Positions 17,739 to 29,494 are shown, counted from the stretch's first letter. The stretch: 64,000 nucleotides of DNA from an uncultured Planctomycetales bacterium (GCA_964545575.1 CAZJFL010000008.1:18171-82170), one strand, 5' to 3'. Notes: generated by a model from the letters alone, not told the origin. Translations and numbers: made by a program.

Positions 17739-20700
17739 ATGATGTTAATGTTAATAGTTTCTATAGGTGTTGCTTCCTTGGGCCTTTTAGTCTACGGCCT
17801 CTGGCCAGCTGCTGCTTCGGGAAGAAAAAAAACAAGCAGGAGGCCGGCGGTCTGCCTTAAGCCTAATGTAGGGCTCCAGCAGCAGGATCCGCGCCTTAGG
17901 ATGCAGTCAGAGATAGAATCCTTAAAGAACAGCCTGGCGCAGGCAGAGGCGCAATTTAATCAGGCAAAAAAAGAAATGGAGCCATTACGGCAGAAGGAGT
18001 CAGAGTTAAAAGAAGCGCTCCAGAAGCGGGAAGAATGGTTTAAGAAAGAGGAACAGAGTATTGCCGCATTACAGGAGGAGAGGGTAAGACAGGATAAGGA
18101 GTTAAGAAATAAAGAAGACGAACTGGCCCAGGAGTTTACCAAGAATGTGGATTTAAAGCGGCAGGCAGAGCAGCTGAGGTTAAAATACGGCTCCCTGGAG
18201 GAGGAGGGTAAAGGTAAGACCGAGGAGATAGAAAAACTCAAGCATAAAGTAGCCGCCCGCGAGGAGGAGATCAAGAACCGTGAAGAAAAGATAAAGTCTT
18301 TAGATAAGATTATCGCAGGGATGAAGAAAAAAGAATCGGAAAGCGAATGGGTCTCCAAGCGCGATTTTAACAGCCTCAATGATGAATACACGAACTTAGA
18401 AAAAGAACTGGAGGAGAAGGAAGAAAAAATAAAGGAGAGAGAAGATAAGCTTAAGGAATTGGCAGAGCTAATACAGCAACTAAAAAGTCAGGCGCCTGAA
18501 AAAGCCGCAACCCCAGAAGTGCCCGTACCTCTGCCTCCGGCAGAAACCGCCATACTCCTGGAACAGCTTGTTCCGGAGGAACAACCCGTCCCGCAGGAAC
18601 AACCCGCAGTAGAAAAAAAAGAAGAAGCGCCCCCGGAAGAGGCTGTGGCAGAAACTGAAGAGGTAGCCAGAGAGCCGGAACCAAAGGCTCCCAGAGAACG
18701 CATTCAGCTTCCCGAGGTGCACTTGGAGAAGATGCGTAATATCGGAATTATGGCGCACATTGATGCCGGCAAGACCACCCTCACCGAAAGGATCCTCTAT
18801 TATACCGGGCGTACTTATAAACTGGGGGAGGTGCATGATGGTAAAGCCACCATGGACTGGATGAAACAGGAACAGGAGCGCGGTATTACCATTACCGCAG
18901 CCGCAACGACCTGTTTCTGGAAGGATTTCCGGATTAATATTATTGATACTCCCGGGCATGTGGATTTTACGGTAGAGGTGGAAAGAAGCCTGCGCGTCTT
19001 AGACGGGGCGGTGGCGGTATTTTGCGCCGTAGCCGGGGTGCAGCCGCAATCGGAGACCGTTTGGCGGCAGTCCAATAAATACGCAGTGCCCAAGATCGCC
19101 TTTGTAAATAAAATGGACCGCGTGGGAGCGAATTTCGCTAACGTCGTCAAGGGGATAGAAGAAAAACTACAGGCCCATCCGGTTCCGGTACAACTTCCCC
19201 TCCTCGTAGAGGAAAAGTTCAAAGGCATTATCGACCTGATCAATATGAAAGCTTACATGTTTGACGAAGAATCCCTGGGGAAGGAGTTTAGCGTCGAAGA
19301 AATTCCCGCCGATTATTCAGGGAAAGCTAAAGCCGCCCGGCACGAGATGATCGAGAGAGTCGCCCATTTTGACGATAACCTCATGAAAAAACACCTGGAG
19401 GCAGGCGATACTATCACGGCTGACGAAATAAATAATGCCATCAGAAATGCAACTTTGGCTAATCAGGCAGTGGCGGTTTTATGCGGCTCGGCTTTTAAGA
19501 ATAAGGGCGTGCAGCAGCTTCTGGATGCGGTAACCCTGTATCTACCTTCTCCTTTAGACGTGCCTGTGGAAAAAGGGACGAGCATAGACAATCCGGAAAA
19601 TTTTTTAAAAAGGCGCCCGGATATCAACGACCCCTTCTCTGCGCTGGCTTTTAAGATACAGGCAGACCCGCATATGGGAAAACTGGTGTATATCCGCATC
19701 TATTCCGGATACCTGGAAACCGGCTCTTACGTCTTAAACGCCACCAGAGATAAAAAAGAAAGAATCGGCAGGATAGTCAAGATGCACGCCGATCAGAAGG
19801 AGAACGTCGATTACGCCTATGCCGGAGAGATTGTGGGTTTAATCGGGCTCGGTCAGACAATTACCGGGGACACGCTTTGCGATGAGTCTAGCCCCATAAT
19901 CCTGGAAGCGATAAAATTTCCGGCGCCGGTAGTCTCTTTAAGCATTGTTCCCAAGACCCGCCAGGATCAGGATAAATTAGGCCGGGCTTTAGGCAGGCTG
20001 ACCGAAGAGGACCCTACTTTTATCGTGCAGACCGACGAAGAGACTAAAGAGACCCTGCTGACCGGGATGGGGGAGTTGCACCTGGAAATCATCGTAGACC
20101 GGCTTAAAGAGGAGTTTAAGGTGGACGCGATCGTCGGCCAGCCCAAGGTCGCCTATCGCGAAACGATTACTAAGATGGTAAGCGAAGAATACAAGCACAT
20201 AAAACAATCCGGAGGCCGCGGCCAGTATGCTCACGTGGTGATTGAGATGTTTCCTCAGGAAGCAGGCCATGGTTATGAGTTTGTGGATAACATCAAAGGC
20301 GGGGCGATCCCCAGAAACTTTATTCCCTCGGTAGAGAAGGGAATCCTGGCAGCGATGGAGAAGGGCCCTTATGCGGGATATCCGGTAGTGGATTTAAAAG
20401 TCAACCTGATCGACGGTTCTTATCATGAAGTAGATTCTTCGGATATCGCTTTTAAGATTGCGGCTATCGAATGTTTTAAAAGCGGTTTTCGTAAGGCCGA
20501 GCCGATTTTGCTTGAGCCGTATATGTCGCTAGAGGTGACGACACCCGAAGAATACGCTAATACCATTGTCGGTTATTTATGTTCTAGAAGAGGCAGGATC
20601 GTCAATATAGAGCCGCTAGGGCTTAACCAGAAAGTTATCATGTCTGAAGTGCCTTTATCCGAAATGTTCGGCTATACGACTAATTTAAGATCTTTAAGCA

Positions 20701-20810
20701 GCGGAAGGGCAAGCGGGATGATGGAGTTTAAGCGTTATCTTTCGGTGCCCAAAGAAATCACCGCGAAAATCCTTGAAGAGATAAGAAAAAAGAAGGAAGA
20801 AGAGAGGTGA
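17739..20810 (+). CDS. fusA: Elongation factor G with N-terminal TM anchor, coiled coil and Pro/Glu linker
   Basis: From aa ~329: [48 protein letters not shown]; ~325-aa N-terminal extension in the same frame. Confidence 0.9.
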   Translation: MMLMLIVSIGVASLGLLVYGLWPAAASGRKKTSRRPAVCLKPNVGLQQQDPRLRMQSEIESLKNSLAQAEAQFNQAKKEMEPLRQKESELKEALQKREEWFKKEEQSIAALQEERVRQDKELRNKEDELAQEFTKNVDLKRQAEQLRLKYGSLEEEGKGKTEEIEKLKHKVAAREEEIKNREEKIKSLDKIIAGMKKKESESEWVSKRDFNSLNDEYTNLEKELEEKEEKIKEREDKLKELAELIQQLKSQAPEKAATPEVPVPLPPAETAILLEQLVPEEQPVPQEQPAVEKKEEAPPEEAVAETEEVAREPEPKAPRERIQLPEVHLEKMRNIGIMAHIDAGKTTLTERILYYTGRTYKLGEVHDGKATMDWMKQEQERGITITAAATTCFWKDFRINIIDTPGHVDFTVEVERSLRVLDGAVAVFCAVAGVQPQSETVWRQSNKYAVPKIAFVNKMDRVGANFANVVKGIEEKLQAHPVPVQLPLLVEEKFKGIIDLINMKAYMFDEESLGKEFSVEEIPADYSGKAKAARHEMIERVAHFDDNLMKKHLEAGDTITADEINNAIRNATLANQAVAVLCGSAFKNKGVQQLLDAVTLYLPSPLDVPVEKGTSIDNPENFLKRRPDINDPFSALAFKIQADPHMGKLVYIRIYSGYLETGSYVLNATRDKKERIGRIVKMHADQKENVDYAYAGEIVGLIGLGQTITGDTLCDESSPIILEAIKFPAPVVSLSIVPKTRQDQDKLGRALGRLTEEDPTFIVQTDEETKETLLTGMGELHLEIIVDRLKEEFKVDAIVGQPKVAYRETITKMVSEEYKHIKQSGGRGQYAHVVIEMFPQEAGHGYEFVDNIKGGAIPRNFIPSVEKGILAAMEKGPYAGYPVVDLKVNLIDGSYHEVDSSDIAFKIAAIECFKSGFRKAEPILLEPYMSLEVTTPEEYANTIVGYLCSRRGRIVNIEPLGLNQKVIMSEVPLSEMFGYTTNLRSLSSGRASGMMEFKRYLSVPKEITAKILEEIRKKKEEER

Positions 20811-20853
20811 GCCATTAGTTAGTAGGTAGTAGTTAGGGGTTAGGAGGCGTAAG

Positions 20854-21330
20854 ATGGCTATGGGCGACATTTATTTAACCCGCCAAGGTTATGAAAAGTT
20901 AGCAAAAGATCTGGAGTATTTAAAAACTATCAAACGCAGAGAACTCTCCAAGGCGATAGGCGCTGCGCGCGCGCACGGAGATATCAGCGAAAATGCCGAA
21001 TACGATGCCGCCAAAGAAGCTCAAGGGTTAAACGAAAAGAGAATCGCGGAGCTCGAAGATAAACTGGCGCGCGGCAGGATTATTGATGACGAAGATATTC
21101 CTAAAGATGAGGTTTTGGTAGGCGCTACGGTTACGCTTTGCGATTTAGATACCAACGAGGAAATTAATTACACTTTGGTTTCGGAAGAAGAGGCGGATTA
21201 CACGCAGGGAAAAATCTCCCTCACCTCTCCCGTAGGCCATGCCCTTTTAGGGCATAAGGCAGGCTCGTTGGTAGAGATTAAGGTCCCGGCGGGGATTTTA
21301 AAATATAAGGTCATAAAAATAACCAGATAA
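20854..21330 (+). CDS. greA: Transcription elongation factor GreA
   Basis: ARAHGDISENAEY, ISLTSPVGHALLG. Confidence 0.95.
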   Translation: MAMGDIYLTRQGYEKLAKDLEYLKTIKRRELSKAIGAARAHGDISENAEYDAAKEAQGLNEKRIAELEDKLARGRIIDDEDIPKDEVLVGATVTLCDLDTNEEINYTLVSEEEADYTQGKISLTSPVGHALLGHKAGSLVEIKVPAGILKYKVIKITR

Positions 21331-21332
21331 GA

Positions 21333-22172
21333 TTATTTTATCCGTTTTATATATCCGACAATTTCCTTTATCGTGGCATCCGGAGTTGACGCCCCGGCAG
21401 TAATTCCTACCGTTTCGACGTTTTTAAACCAACCTGGCCTGATTTCTTTTTTCGCATTCACCCAGTAACTGCGTTTATTTAAGCCTGCGGCTATTTCATA
21501 GAGCCTTTTGGTATTGGCGCTATTTTTTGAGCCGATAATAATCATTACGTCGTTTACGGAAGGCATCTTTTTTATTTCTTCCTGCTTCATCCGCGTAGGC
21601 CTGCAGACGGTATTGAAAAATTTCAGTTCTTTTATCAGGAATTTCAGCCTTTTTGATATCAAGAGCGCATTCTCGGTATTTTGGGTAGACTGTACCACTA
21701 TCGCGGCCCGGGGTATTTTTTCGATTGTTTTAAAAGGGATATTGCCGGGGCTGTCGATGACGACCGCCTTATTTTTAAGCTGACCGATGATCCCGTGCAC
21801 CTCATCATGTAATTTGTCCCCGATAATAATGATCTGATAGCCCTGGGCCTCCATATTTTTGGCAATTCTATGGATATCTTTTACCATCGGGCAGGTGGCA
21901 TCGATAATATTGTATCCGAGGCCTTTGGCTTTTTCGATGATCTGCCTGCCGGTGCCGTGGGCGCGGATTAAGAGGTTCCTGTTTTTGCCTCTGGCGAGCC
22001 GGTTAATTTTTATGATACCGGTTTTTTTCATCTCGTCTATGACCCGCTCATTATGCACGATATCACCCAGCATATAGACCGCAGCGCCGGATTTCGCTAT
22101 TCCAAAAGCGATATCCACCGCCCTTCTGACCCCGAAACAGAATCCCGCGGATTTAGCTAAATTTATTTTCAT
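21333..22172 (-). CDS. ispH: 4-hydroxy-3-methylbut-2-enyl diphosphate reductase
   Basis: AGFCFGV, IVHN, RAHG, DATCP, NTVC, SANT, TAGASTP. Confidence 0.95.
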   Translation of the reverse strand: MKINLAKSAGFCFGVRRAVDIAFGIAKSGAAVYMLGDIVHNERVIDEMKKTGIIKINRLARGKNRNLLIRAHGTGRQIIEKAKGLGYNIIDATCPMVKDIHRIAKNMEAQGYQIIIIGDKLHDEVHGIIGQLKNKAVVIDSPGNIPFKTIEKIPRAAIVVQSTQNTENALLISKRLKFLIKELKFFNTVCRPTRMKQEEIKKMPSVNDVMIIIGSKNSANTKRLYEIAAGLNKRSYWVNAKKEIRPGWFKNVETVGITAGASTPDATIKEIVGYIKRIK

Positions 22173-23209
22173 AGCTTTAGGATTTCCTGCGCATATTTTT
22201 CCAGGATTTTCTTATAGGGGCCGGATAGCCCTGAAGTCTTTAAAATAGCGCAGGCCTTTTGCATAAACCTTTTTATCTCATCCGCCGCATAATCTAATGC
22301 TCCGGACTTCTTGATAATCCGGCGTATTTTTAAGAGGTCGGATTTACCCGCCTTTTGTTTGGCCAGGGTGTTTTTTATGATCCGTTTATCTTGACTGCCA
22401 GAGGCATGATACGCCTGCCAGATGAGAATCGTTTTTTTGGCTTCTTTTAAATCCGCCAGGTCCGATTTTCCGGTTTGCCTCTGGCTGCTAAATATCCCTA
22501 AAATATCGTCTTTGATCTGAAAGGCCCTCCCCAGATACAGCCCGTACCTGGACAGCTTGTCGGTTTCTCTTTTTGCGGCGCCGGCGAGGGTTGCGCCGAT
22601 GGCCAGCGGAGAGGCAAAGGTATAGTGGGCGGTTTTTAAGTCGTATATTTTATAAATTTCCTCTTTTTTTATTTTATCTATATCCTTGAGGCCATAGAGG
22701 AGCTCGATGAATTCCCCGCTTCCGGTATAAAGAGCCGCAGAGATGAATTTCTTTAAAGCCCTTTCTTTGTCTTGAGGGTCGGCCTGGATGTCCAGGAACG
22801 CCCTGAGGCTCATGGCGTAGAGCACATCGCCTAAGACTATACTTAAGTCTTCGCCGCTAAACTTCCTTCTGCCGTATTTTTTAAGGTAGCGGTTCAATAA
22901 GACATGCAGCGCTGGCTTGCCCCTTCTGGTAGCGGATTTATCAATGATATCATCGTGCACCAGCATAAAGTCATGCAGCAGCTCCAGGGATAGGGCGCTA
23001 CGATATAGCCCCTTTGCGGCTTTTTTAGCAAAGCCGAGGTAACCGGCGATAAAAAGGAGAGGGCGGGCCCTTTTGCCCTTTCTTAAAATAAACTCCCTGA
23101 TGCTTTGGTATAGGAGGGGGGAGATTTTATTTAAGGAGTATTGTCTGTTGAGGTCGCCGATCAAGCAGGGGAGCTCTTTCTTTAATCTGTTTTTTATTTT
23201 ATTTAGCAC
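22169..23209 (-). CDS. Polyprenyl diphosphate synthase
   Basis: GKRARP, HDDIID..RRG, KTA, FQIKDDIL. Confidence 0.9.
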   Translation of the reverse strand: MLNKIKNRLKKELPCLIGDLNRQYSLNKISPLLYQSIREFILRKGKRARPLLFIAGYLGFAKKAAKGLYRSALSLELLHDFMLVHDDIIDKSATRRGKPALHVLLNRYLKKYGRRKFSGEDLSIVLGDVLYAMSLRAFLDIQADPQDKERALKKFISAALYTGSGEFIELLYGLKDIDKIKKEEIYKIYDLKTAHYTFASPLAIGATLAGAAKRETDKLSRYGLYLGRAFQIKDDILGIFSSQRQTGKSDLADLKEAKKTILIWQAYHASGSQDKRIIKNTLAKQKAGKSDLLKIRRIIKKSGALDYAADEIKRFMQKACAILKTSGLSGPYKKILEKYAQEILKL

Positions 23210-23258
23210 GATTTTATGTTAACATATAGAGAATGTTTAGGCAAATAAAATATACGCC

Positions 23259-23993
23259 ATGCGTTACTTAATCATTACCGCGATAATTCTTTTTTTAGTG
23301 CTGGTTTTTTTGGGCGGGGTTTTTACCGTATTTTTCGACCAGGCGGTCCTGGTCAGAAAAGGCACAGTCTATCGGATTCCCGCCTCCCAGAAGGTGGTGG
23401 CGCTTACCTTTGATGACGGCCCCTCGCCTGTATGGACCCCCCGTATCTTAGATGAACTTAAGAGAGCAGGGGTAAAAGCGACATTTTTTATGTTAGGTAA
23501 ACACGTCGCAGAGTTTCCTGAAGTTGCCCGGCGCGTGGCTAGAGAAGGGCATGAGATTGAAAACCACAGTTTTACCCATCATGTTTTGCTTTATTATAAA
23601 ATGGATGAATTGGAAAAAGAAGTAAAGGATGCCGAAAAAATAATCAAGGACGTTACCGGAAAGACTACAAAATATTTCCGGCCACCGAAAGCCTGGGTTA
23701 CGCCGGAAGAAAAAATTAAACTGCAGGAAATGGGGTATCAGGTAATCCTTTGGTCGTTAAATTCAAAAGACTGGGTGACCTTTCACGACAAACAGATTCG
23801 TCATTATATCCTCTACAATATCAGGCCGGGAGACATAATCCTGTTCCATGACAGCGGAGGCGTCTTTACCACCGAAGGCGGAAGCCGTAAGCAGACGGTA
23901 AAGACGCTTGTCCCCCTGGTGCAGAAGCTAGAAGAACGGGGATATAAAATAGTCACGGTCGAAGAACTCTTAAAAACATATTCGGAAAAATAA
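23259..23993 (+). CDS. Polysaccharide deacetylase (NodB/CE4), N-terminal TM
   Basis: LTFDDGP, NHSFTH, FRPP, DW, ILFHD. Confidence 0.9.
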   Translation: MRYLIITAIILFLVLVFLGGVFTVFFDQAVLVRKGTVYRIPASQKVVALTFDDGPSPVWTPRILDELKRAGVKATFFMLGKHVAEFPEVARRVAREGHEIENHSFTHHVLLYYKMDELEKEVKDAEKIIKDVTGKTTKYFRPPKAWVTPEEKIKLQEMGYQVILWSLNSKDWVTFHDKQIRHYILYNIRPGDIILFHDSGGVFTTEGGSRKQTVKTLVPLVQKLEERGYKIVTVEELLKTYSEK

Positions 23994-25642
23994 TGATGAA
24001 GAATGAAACCTTAAAGAATATAATATTTTTGTTGCTGTTGTCATATCTATTTCTTATGTTCGGCAACGGCATCTTAAGCCTGACTAACCCCGATGAGGTT
24101 TTCTATGCCCAGACCGCTAAAGAGATGGTCCAGAAGAACAGCTGGATGACGCCGTATTTATTCGGCCAGCCGCAGTTTGAAAAACCGATACTGCTTTATT
24201 GGCTGATGCGGTCAGGCTTTTTAGTTTTCGGCATAAACAGTTTTTCCGCGCGCTTTTTCCCGGCATTATTTGCGATCCTGGGGGTAATCGCGGTTTATCT
24301 TTTAGCACTCATCGGTTTTAAAAATGAAAAGAAAGCATTTTTATCCGGGCTGATTGCGATGTCTTACGGTTTATATGTAGGGCTGGCGCACTCGGTCTTT
24401 ACCGATATGCTATTTTCGGTGCTCGTGCTTTTTTCGCTGGTTTCATTCTTTTGGGCATACAGCGAAAAAAAATACCGGCGCTTAGGTATATACTTGTTTT
24501 TTATCTTCTCGGGGCTGGCGGTTTTAGCCAAAGGGCCTTTGGGATTTTTAATTCCTTTTGCGGTGGTATCCGTATTTTTACTCTGGCACCGGGATATAAA
24601 GTTTGTTTTTTCTAAAGACTTCTTCTTCGGGGGAGTCATCTGCCTGGCCTTAGCCCTGCCCTGGTATATATTGATGGTTAAAAAATACGGCTCGGTGTTT
24701 ACCTACGAGTTCTTTTATAACGACCACTGGCGCAGAATCATTGAGGCCGAGCACCTTGCCAATGACACCTGGTATTTTTACCCGGTGGCTATGATCGGCT
24801 GCATGTTTCCCTGGAGCGTTTATGTTTTGGGAGGCCTGGCATATCTTTTTTTGCGGTTAAAACGGGCTACCTCGATGCTGCATCTGTTTCTAGCCGCCTG
24901 GATCATCGCGGTGTTATTAATTTTTCAGTTCGCGCACTCAAAGCTAGTGAGCTACATTTTTCCTTTATTTCCAGCCTTAAGCTTAATCACCGCCGATTTT
25001 ATTTACGATTTTAGCACGGGCGAAAATAAGCGGCCCCTGCGGACAGCCTCGCTGATTACCGGCTTTATCCTTTTTTGTATCCCGGCCGGCTTATTGGTCA
25101 GTTCACGGATATTTTCCGCTTACATCCCCTCCAAGGCGCCGCTTTACTTTTTGGCGCTTTTGCTGCTGTTTCTCGCCGGTTCATTTTTGATTTTTTCTCT
25201 TAGGGGTAAGTTTATTAAAAGTGTTTATACGCTGATGCTGGTAATTCCGCTGATTTTGCTTTTCCTGCCTTTTGTAGCGCAGGATGCCGAGCCGTATATT
25301 TCTTCCAAAGCCGCCTGCGATTATCTGCTGAAAAATTACGATGTCAAGGGCACGATACTGTGTTCCAAGTTTTTTGCCCGGGGGGTAAGATATTATACCG
25401 GCAGGGAGGTTGCGGTGATTGATATTAACGGTAAAAATTTCTTTAGCCCCCACCCCATACCATTCTTTAGTACCATGGAGGAGGTAAAGGTTTTCCTGCG
25501 CGGCCAGGGCCCGGTTTACGGGGTCTTAAAAAAATCTGCGCTGGTCAGAATCAAGGAATTGCCGGAAGAAGAATTTAGCTACAGAGTTTTAAAACTTATA
25601 GGCGACGAATATCTCGTCAAGATGGAGGTTAAGAATAGGTGA
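23993..25642 (+). CDS. ArnT-like GT-C membrane glycosyltransferase
   Basis: PDE.FYA..EM, FEKPIL.YW, LAKGP, SKL.SYI.P; many TM segments. Confidence 0.85.
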   Translation: MMKNETLKNIIFLLLLSYLFLMFGNGILSLTNPDEVFYAQTAKEMVQKNSWMTPYLFGQPQFEKPILLYWLMRSGFLVFGINSFSARFFPALFAILGVIAVYLLALIGFKNEKKAFLSGLIAMSYGLYVGLAHSVFTDMLFSVLVLFSLVSFFWAYSEKKYRRLGIYLFFIFSGLAVLAKGPLGFLIPFAVVSVFLLWHRDIKFVFSKDFFFGGVICLALALPWYILMVKKYGSVFTYEFFYNDHWRRIIEAEHLANDTWYFYPVAMIGCMFPWSVYVLGGLAYLFLRLKRATSMLHLFLAAWIIAVLLIFQFAHSKLVSYIFPLFPALSLITADFIYDFSTGENKRPLRTASLITGFILFCIPAGLLVSSRIFSAYIPSKAPLYFLALLLLFLAGSFLIFSLRGKFIKSVYTLMLVIPLILLFLPFVAQDAEPYISSKAACDYLLKNYDVKGTILCSKFFARGVRYYTGREVAVIDINGKNFFSPHPIPFFSTMEEVKVFLRGQGPVYGVLKKSALVRIKELPEEEFSYRVLKLIGDEYLVKMEVKNR

Positions 25643-26019
25643 AAAAGAAAATTTATTACCACGATACCGATTGCGGCAAGGTGGTTTATTACGCCAATTA
25701 CTTGAAATACATGGAAGAGGCGCGCACCGAGTATCTGGCAGAGCGTGGCGTATCGATTAAGGACCTGGTTGAAAAGGGAGCCTATTTTGTGGTGGCGCAT
25801 CAGGAAATAGACTACAAGGCCCCGGCTTTTTACGGGGATATCCTGGAGGTAAGCACAAAAATTGCCTGCGTTTTCACCGTAAAAATAGAATACGAGCACG
25901 AAGTAAAAAATCAGCAGGGCCAGGCTATCTGTGTCGGCAAGGCAATCCTGGTTTGCGTGGATAATCAGATTAAACCTAAATCTATTCCGGAAGATATCCG
26001 CCAGAAGTTATCCCGATGA
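25639..26019 (+). CDS. YbgC/FadM family acyl-CoA thioesterase
   Basis: DTDCGKVVYYANYLKYMEEARTE. Confidence 0.85.
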   Translation: MKKKIYYHDTDCGKVVYYANYLKYMEEARTEYLAERGVSIKDLVEKGAYFVVAHQEIDYKAPAFYGDILEVSTKIACVFTVKIEYEHEVKNQQGQAICVGKAILVCVDNQIKPKSIPEDIRQKLSR

Positions 26020-26264
26020 GGTCATTTTTTATTTTTAGCCGGGCCGGATGTTTCCTGCCGCTCTTAATCATCTTAAATTTATTTTTTGGCTGGCTGGTCT
26101 TTAAGCCGTTGGAATGGCTGGCAATAGGGGTAGCGTTGGTCTTGCTTTTTCTGCTTAATTCCCTTATCGCCGCTAGAAAAATATTATCCGGCGCACAGAG
26201 AGGCAACCGTAGCATAATAGATGTAGAGGGAGAAGTTTTAGAAGTGGAAAATAAGGATGAATAA
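26016..26264 (+). CDS. Small membrane protein
   Basis: Two TM segments, C-terminal IIDVEGEV; overlaps both neighbours. Confidence 0.6.
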   Translation: MRSFFIFSRAGCFLPLLIILNLFFGWLVFKPLEWLAIGVALVLLFLLNSLIAARKILSGAQRGNRSIIDVEGEVLEVENKDE

Positions 26265-26763
26265 GGCAAAAAAAAGGAAAATCGCAGAAAAATTCCACAG
26301 GATTTTAAAATTCGCCTATATCAAGCTTTTCCGGATCAATGATTCGCCTTTAAAGATTGCCTTAGGGTTCGGGCTGGGCGTTTTTGCGGGAGTAATGCCG
26401 GGAATCGGGCCGGTGATTGCCCTGCTGCTTGCTTTTCTCTTCCGGGTAAACCGCGCCAGCGCTTTATTAGGATGTTTTCTTTTTAATACCTGGTTAGGCA
26501 TGATCATACTTTTATCCGCTGTTAAAACCGGATCGGCAGTAATGGGCCTGAATTACCAGGATGTCTATGCCGGCTGGAACCTGTTTCTAAAAAATTTTAA
26601 TTGGAAAAGCCTGCTGGAGCTATCGGCCTATAAAGTCCTGATCCCGATCGGAGCGGGATATCTAATTATTTCTTTGTCTCTAGGCATATTGATGACTGTG
26701 GTCGTCTTTGCAGTCGCACGCAGTATTAAAAATAAAAAGGCAGTATCTAAAAATAACGAATAG
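26257..26763 (+). CDS. DUF2062-like membrane protein
   Basis: SP.KIALGFGLGVF.G..P..FRVN motif. Confidence 0.75.
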   Translation: MNKAKKRKIAEKFHRILKFAYIKLFRINDSPLKIALGFGLGVFAGVMPGIGPVIALLLAFLFRVNRASALLGCFLFNTWLGMIILLSAVKTGSAVMGLNYQDVYAGWNLFLKNFNWKSLLELSAYKVLIPIGAGYLIISLSLGILMTVVVFAVARSIKNKKAVSKNNE

Positions 26764-26772
26764 GAGGATAAG

Positions 26773-28875
26773 ATGGTGGGATTTGATCTCTTGCTGCTGG
26801 CGCCGGTGGGCTCTATCCTGGCAATTTCTTTTGCGGCCTACTTAGCTCTCTCTATCTTAAGAAAAGACCAGGGCAATGAGCGCATGCAGGAGATTGCCCG
26901 GGCAGTAAGGGTGGGGGCAAGGGCATATTTAAAAAGGCAGTACCTGGGCGTAGCTATATTTTTTATCGTAGTTTTCTTTATTTTATTAGCCTTAGCGCTA
27001 AAAAAATACCTGGTTATCTTTGTCCCCTTTGCCTTCCTGACCGGCGGCTTTTTTTCCGGCTTGTCCGGATTTATCGGGATGAGCATTGCCACCCAGTCTT
27101 CTAACCGCACCGCGGCAGCGGCAATGAAGAGTTTAAACTCCGGATTACGCGTGGCTTTTTCCAGCGGCGCAGTGATGGGCCTGACCGTGGTGGGATTAGG
27201 GCTGCTGGATTTAAGCATCTGGTATTATTTCTTGAACTGGTATTATTCCGCGCACCCTATTCTTATCGGTACGGATAAAATCACTGCGATTACTTCTACT
27301 ATGCTTTGTTTCGGCATGGGCGCTAGCTCTCAGGCATTATTTGCCAGAGTCGGCGGAGGCATCTTTACCAAAGCCGCGGACGTAGGAGCGGATTTAGTGG
27401 GTAAGGTAGAAGCCGGGATTCCCGAAGATGACCCGCGCAACCCCGCGGTGATCGCGGATAATGTCGGGGATAATGTCGGTGATGTCGCAGGCATGGGCGC
27501 CGACCTTTATGAATCTTATGTCGGCTCGATTGTAGCGACTTCTGCCTTGGGTGTGGCTGCCGGTTTAGGGGTGGCCGGCGTTACTGTGCCGATGGTGATG
27601 GCAGCGGTAGGAGTAATTGCTTCAATTATCGGCACCTTTTTTGTCAGAAGTAAAGAAGAGGCTACCCAGTCAGTTTTATTAGCGGCCCTGAGAAAAGGCG
27701 TCTTTGCTAGTTCAATACTAGTGGCTATAATTTCTTATTTTTTAGTCAGGTCTACCTTAGGCGTTCAGCACATGGGCGTCTACTGGTCGGTGCTGGCAGG
27801 ATTAGTTGCCGGCGTAATCATCGGCCTGGTGACGGAGTTTTACACCTCAAGCGGTTTTAAGCCCACACGTTCCATTGCCGACGCTTCTTTAACCGGCCCG
27901 GCTACGGTGATTATCGCAGGGATTGCCGTAGGGATGATGTCTACCGCCATACCGGTGATTGTAGTAGGTATGGCTATATTGGCGAGCTTTTTCTTATCTG
28001 GCGGAGCAGCAAATGTCAATGCCGGGCTTTACGGTATCGCCATTTCTGCGGTAGGCATGCTTTCTACCTTAGGGATAACTCTGGCTACGGATGCTTACGG
28101 GCCGGTAGCGGATAATGCCGGAGGCAATGCCCAGATGGCGAATTTACCCCCCGAGGTCAGAAAAAGGACCGATGCCCTGGATGCTTTGGGCAATACCACT
28201 GCTGCTACAGGCAAGGGTTTTGCCATTGGTTCCGCGGCATTAACCGCCCTGGCATTAATCGCTGCTTATAAGGATCAGGTCTCCTTATACGGCAAAGAAA
28301 TGAACTTAAGCCTGATGAACCCCAATGTACTGGTGGGATTATTTATCGGAGGGATGCTTCCCTTTTTCTTCTGTTCTATGACCATGCGCGCAGTAGGCCG
28401 GGCAGCAGGAAAAATTGTGGTCGAGGTGCGCCGGCAATTTAAGGAAATAGCCGGGATTATGGAGGGTAGAGCCTTGCCTGATTATGCGCGTTGCGTGACT
28501 ATCGCTACCGCAGCGGCGCAAAAAGAGATGATCGCGCCCTCACTGACGGCAATCATTGCGCCTATCGCGATAGGGCTGCTGATCGGCATTGATGCGGTGG
28601 CCGGGCTTCTCACCGGAGCTACGGTATCCGGTTTTGTCCTGGCAGTGATGATGGCTAATTCCGGCGGCGCCTGGGATAATGCCAAGAAGTATATCGAGGA
28701 GGGCCATTACGGAGGTAAAGGATCTTTTGCGCATAAGGCAGGGGTAGTCGGCGATACCGTAGGAGATCCCTTTAAAGATACCTCCGGCCCGAGCTTAAAC
28801 ATCCTGATTAAGCTGATGTCTATGGTTTCCATTGTTTTTGCCTCTTTCATCATCTCCAACACCCTCTTCAAATAA
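26773..28875 (+). CDS. hppA: Membrane-bound ion-translocating pyrophosphatase (K+-dependent type)
   Basis: [33 protein letters not shown] (Ala at the K+-dependence position), [10 protein letters not shown]. Confidence 0.95.
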   Translation: MVGFDLLLLAPVGSILAISFAAYLALSILRKDQGNERMQEIARAVRVGARAYLKRQYLGVAIFFIVVFFILLALALKKYLVIFVPFAFLTGGFFSGLSGFIGMSIATQSSNRTAAAAMKSLNSGLRVAFSSGAVMGLTVVGLGLLDLSIWYYFLNWYYSAHPILIGTDKITAITSTMLCFGMGASSQALFARVGGGIFTKAADVGADLVGKVEAGIPEDDPRNPAVIADNVGDNVGDVAGMGADLYESYVGSIVATSALGVAAGLGVAGVTVPMVMAAVGVIASIIGTFFVRSKEEATQSVLLAALRKGVFASSILVAIISYFLVRSTLGVQHMGVYWSVLAGLVAGVIIGLVTEFYTSSGFKPTRSIADASLTGPATVIIAGIAVGMMSTAIPVIVVGMAILASFFLSGGAANVNAGLYGIAISAVGMLSTLGITLATDAYGPVADNAGGNAQMANLPPEVRKRTDALDALGNTTAATGKGFAIGSAALTALALIAAYKDQVSLYGKEMNLSLMNPNVLVGLFIGGMLPFFFCSMTMRAVGRAAGKIVVEVRRQFKEIAGIMEGRALPDYARCVTIATAAAQKEMIAPSLTAIIAPIAIGLLIGIDAVAGLLTGATVSGFVLAVMMANSGGAWDNAKKYIEEGHYGGKGSFAHKAGVVGDTVGDPFKDTSGPSLNILIKLMSMVSIVFASFIISNTLFK

Positions 28876-28932
28876 GGGACAGTTCTTATCCTAATCGAGG
28901 GACGTTTCTTCAGTTAATCGGAGAAGTGTCCC
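28876..28932. repeat. REP array left of RAYT (three 11-mers at 23-bp spacing)
   Basis: GGGACAGTTCT 28876, GGGACGTTTCT 28899, AGAAGTGTCCC 28922. Confidence 0.75.
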
Positions 28933-28945
28933 TTTATAATTATAG

Positions 28946-29428
28946 TTAGAGATTCGGGACGGGGTCCAACAGTTTTGATTTTATATTTAATGATCTATAT
29001 TTCCAACTGCTCCACATATAATCGAGGGGGGAGGAAATCAAGTTCGCCCTCAGAGGGTTATATTCAATATAATTTAGGCAATTAATAAGGTACCTATCCT
29101 TCTGGATGACCGTGCTTTTAAATCTCCCTTGCCAGAGATGCCCTACCTTGGCGTATTTCTTATTGAACCAAAGTGTATAAGTTAGCGCTACGCCTTGCAT
29201 AATCTTAGCCAGATCGTTTACTTCTTTGACTTCCACAATTAAATGGATATGGTTGGGCATTATACAATAAGCATATAACTTGAAGTTGTATTTCTTTTTA
29301 TAATGTAGTAAAATCTGTAAATATCTTTCAAAGTCAACATTTTCTCGAAAGACATTTTGTTTTTGATTTCCGCGTTGAATAATATGATAGCAAATATCTG
29401 ATATAAGTAATCTTGGTCCTCTAGGCAT
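28946..29428 (-). mobile_element. REP-associated tyrosine transposase (RAYT, IS200-like HUH Y1)
   Basis: MPRGPR..YHIIQRGN, YCIMPNHIH (HUH), GHLWQGRFKS, YIEYNP.RA; GGAGGT RBS; REP arrays on both sides. Confidence 0.9.
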
Positions 29429-29445
29429 ATTAATCACCTCCATAA

Positions 29446-29475
29446 TAATAGACGAAAATAAAGTCATTTTCTAAC
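29446..29475 (-). promoter_or_regulatory. Putative ECF promoter upstream of RAYT
   Basis: Minus strand GTTAGA-N15-CGTCTATTA, ending 17 nt before the ATG. Confidence 0.7.
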
Positions 29476-29494
29476 ATAAAAAATTTTCCCCTCA

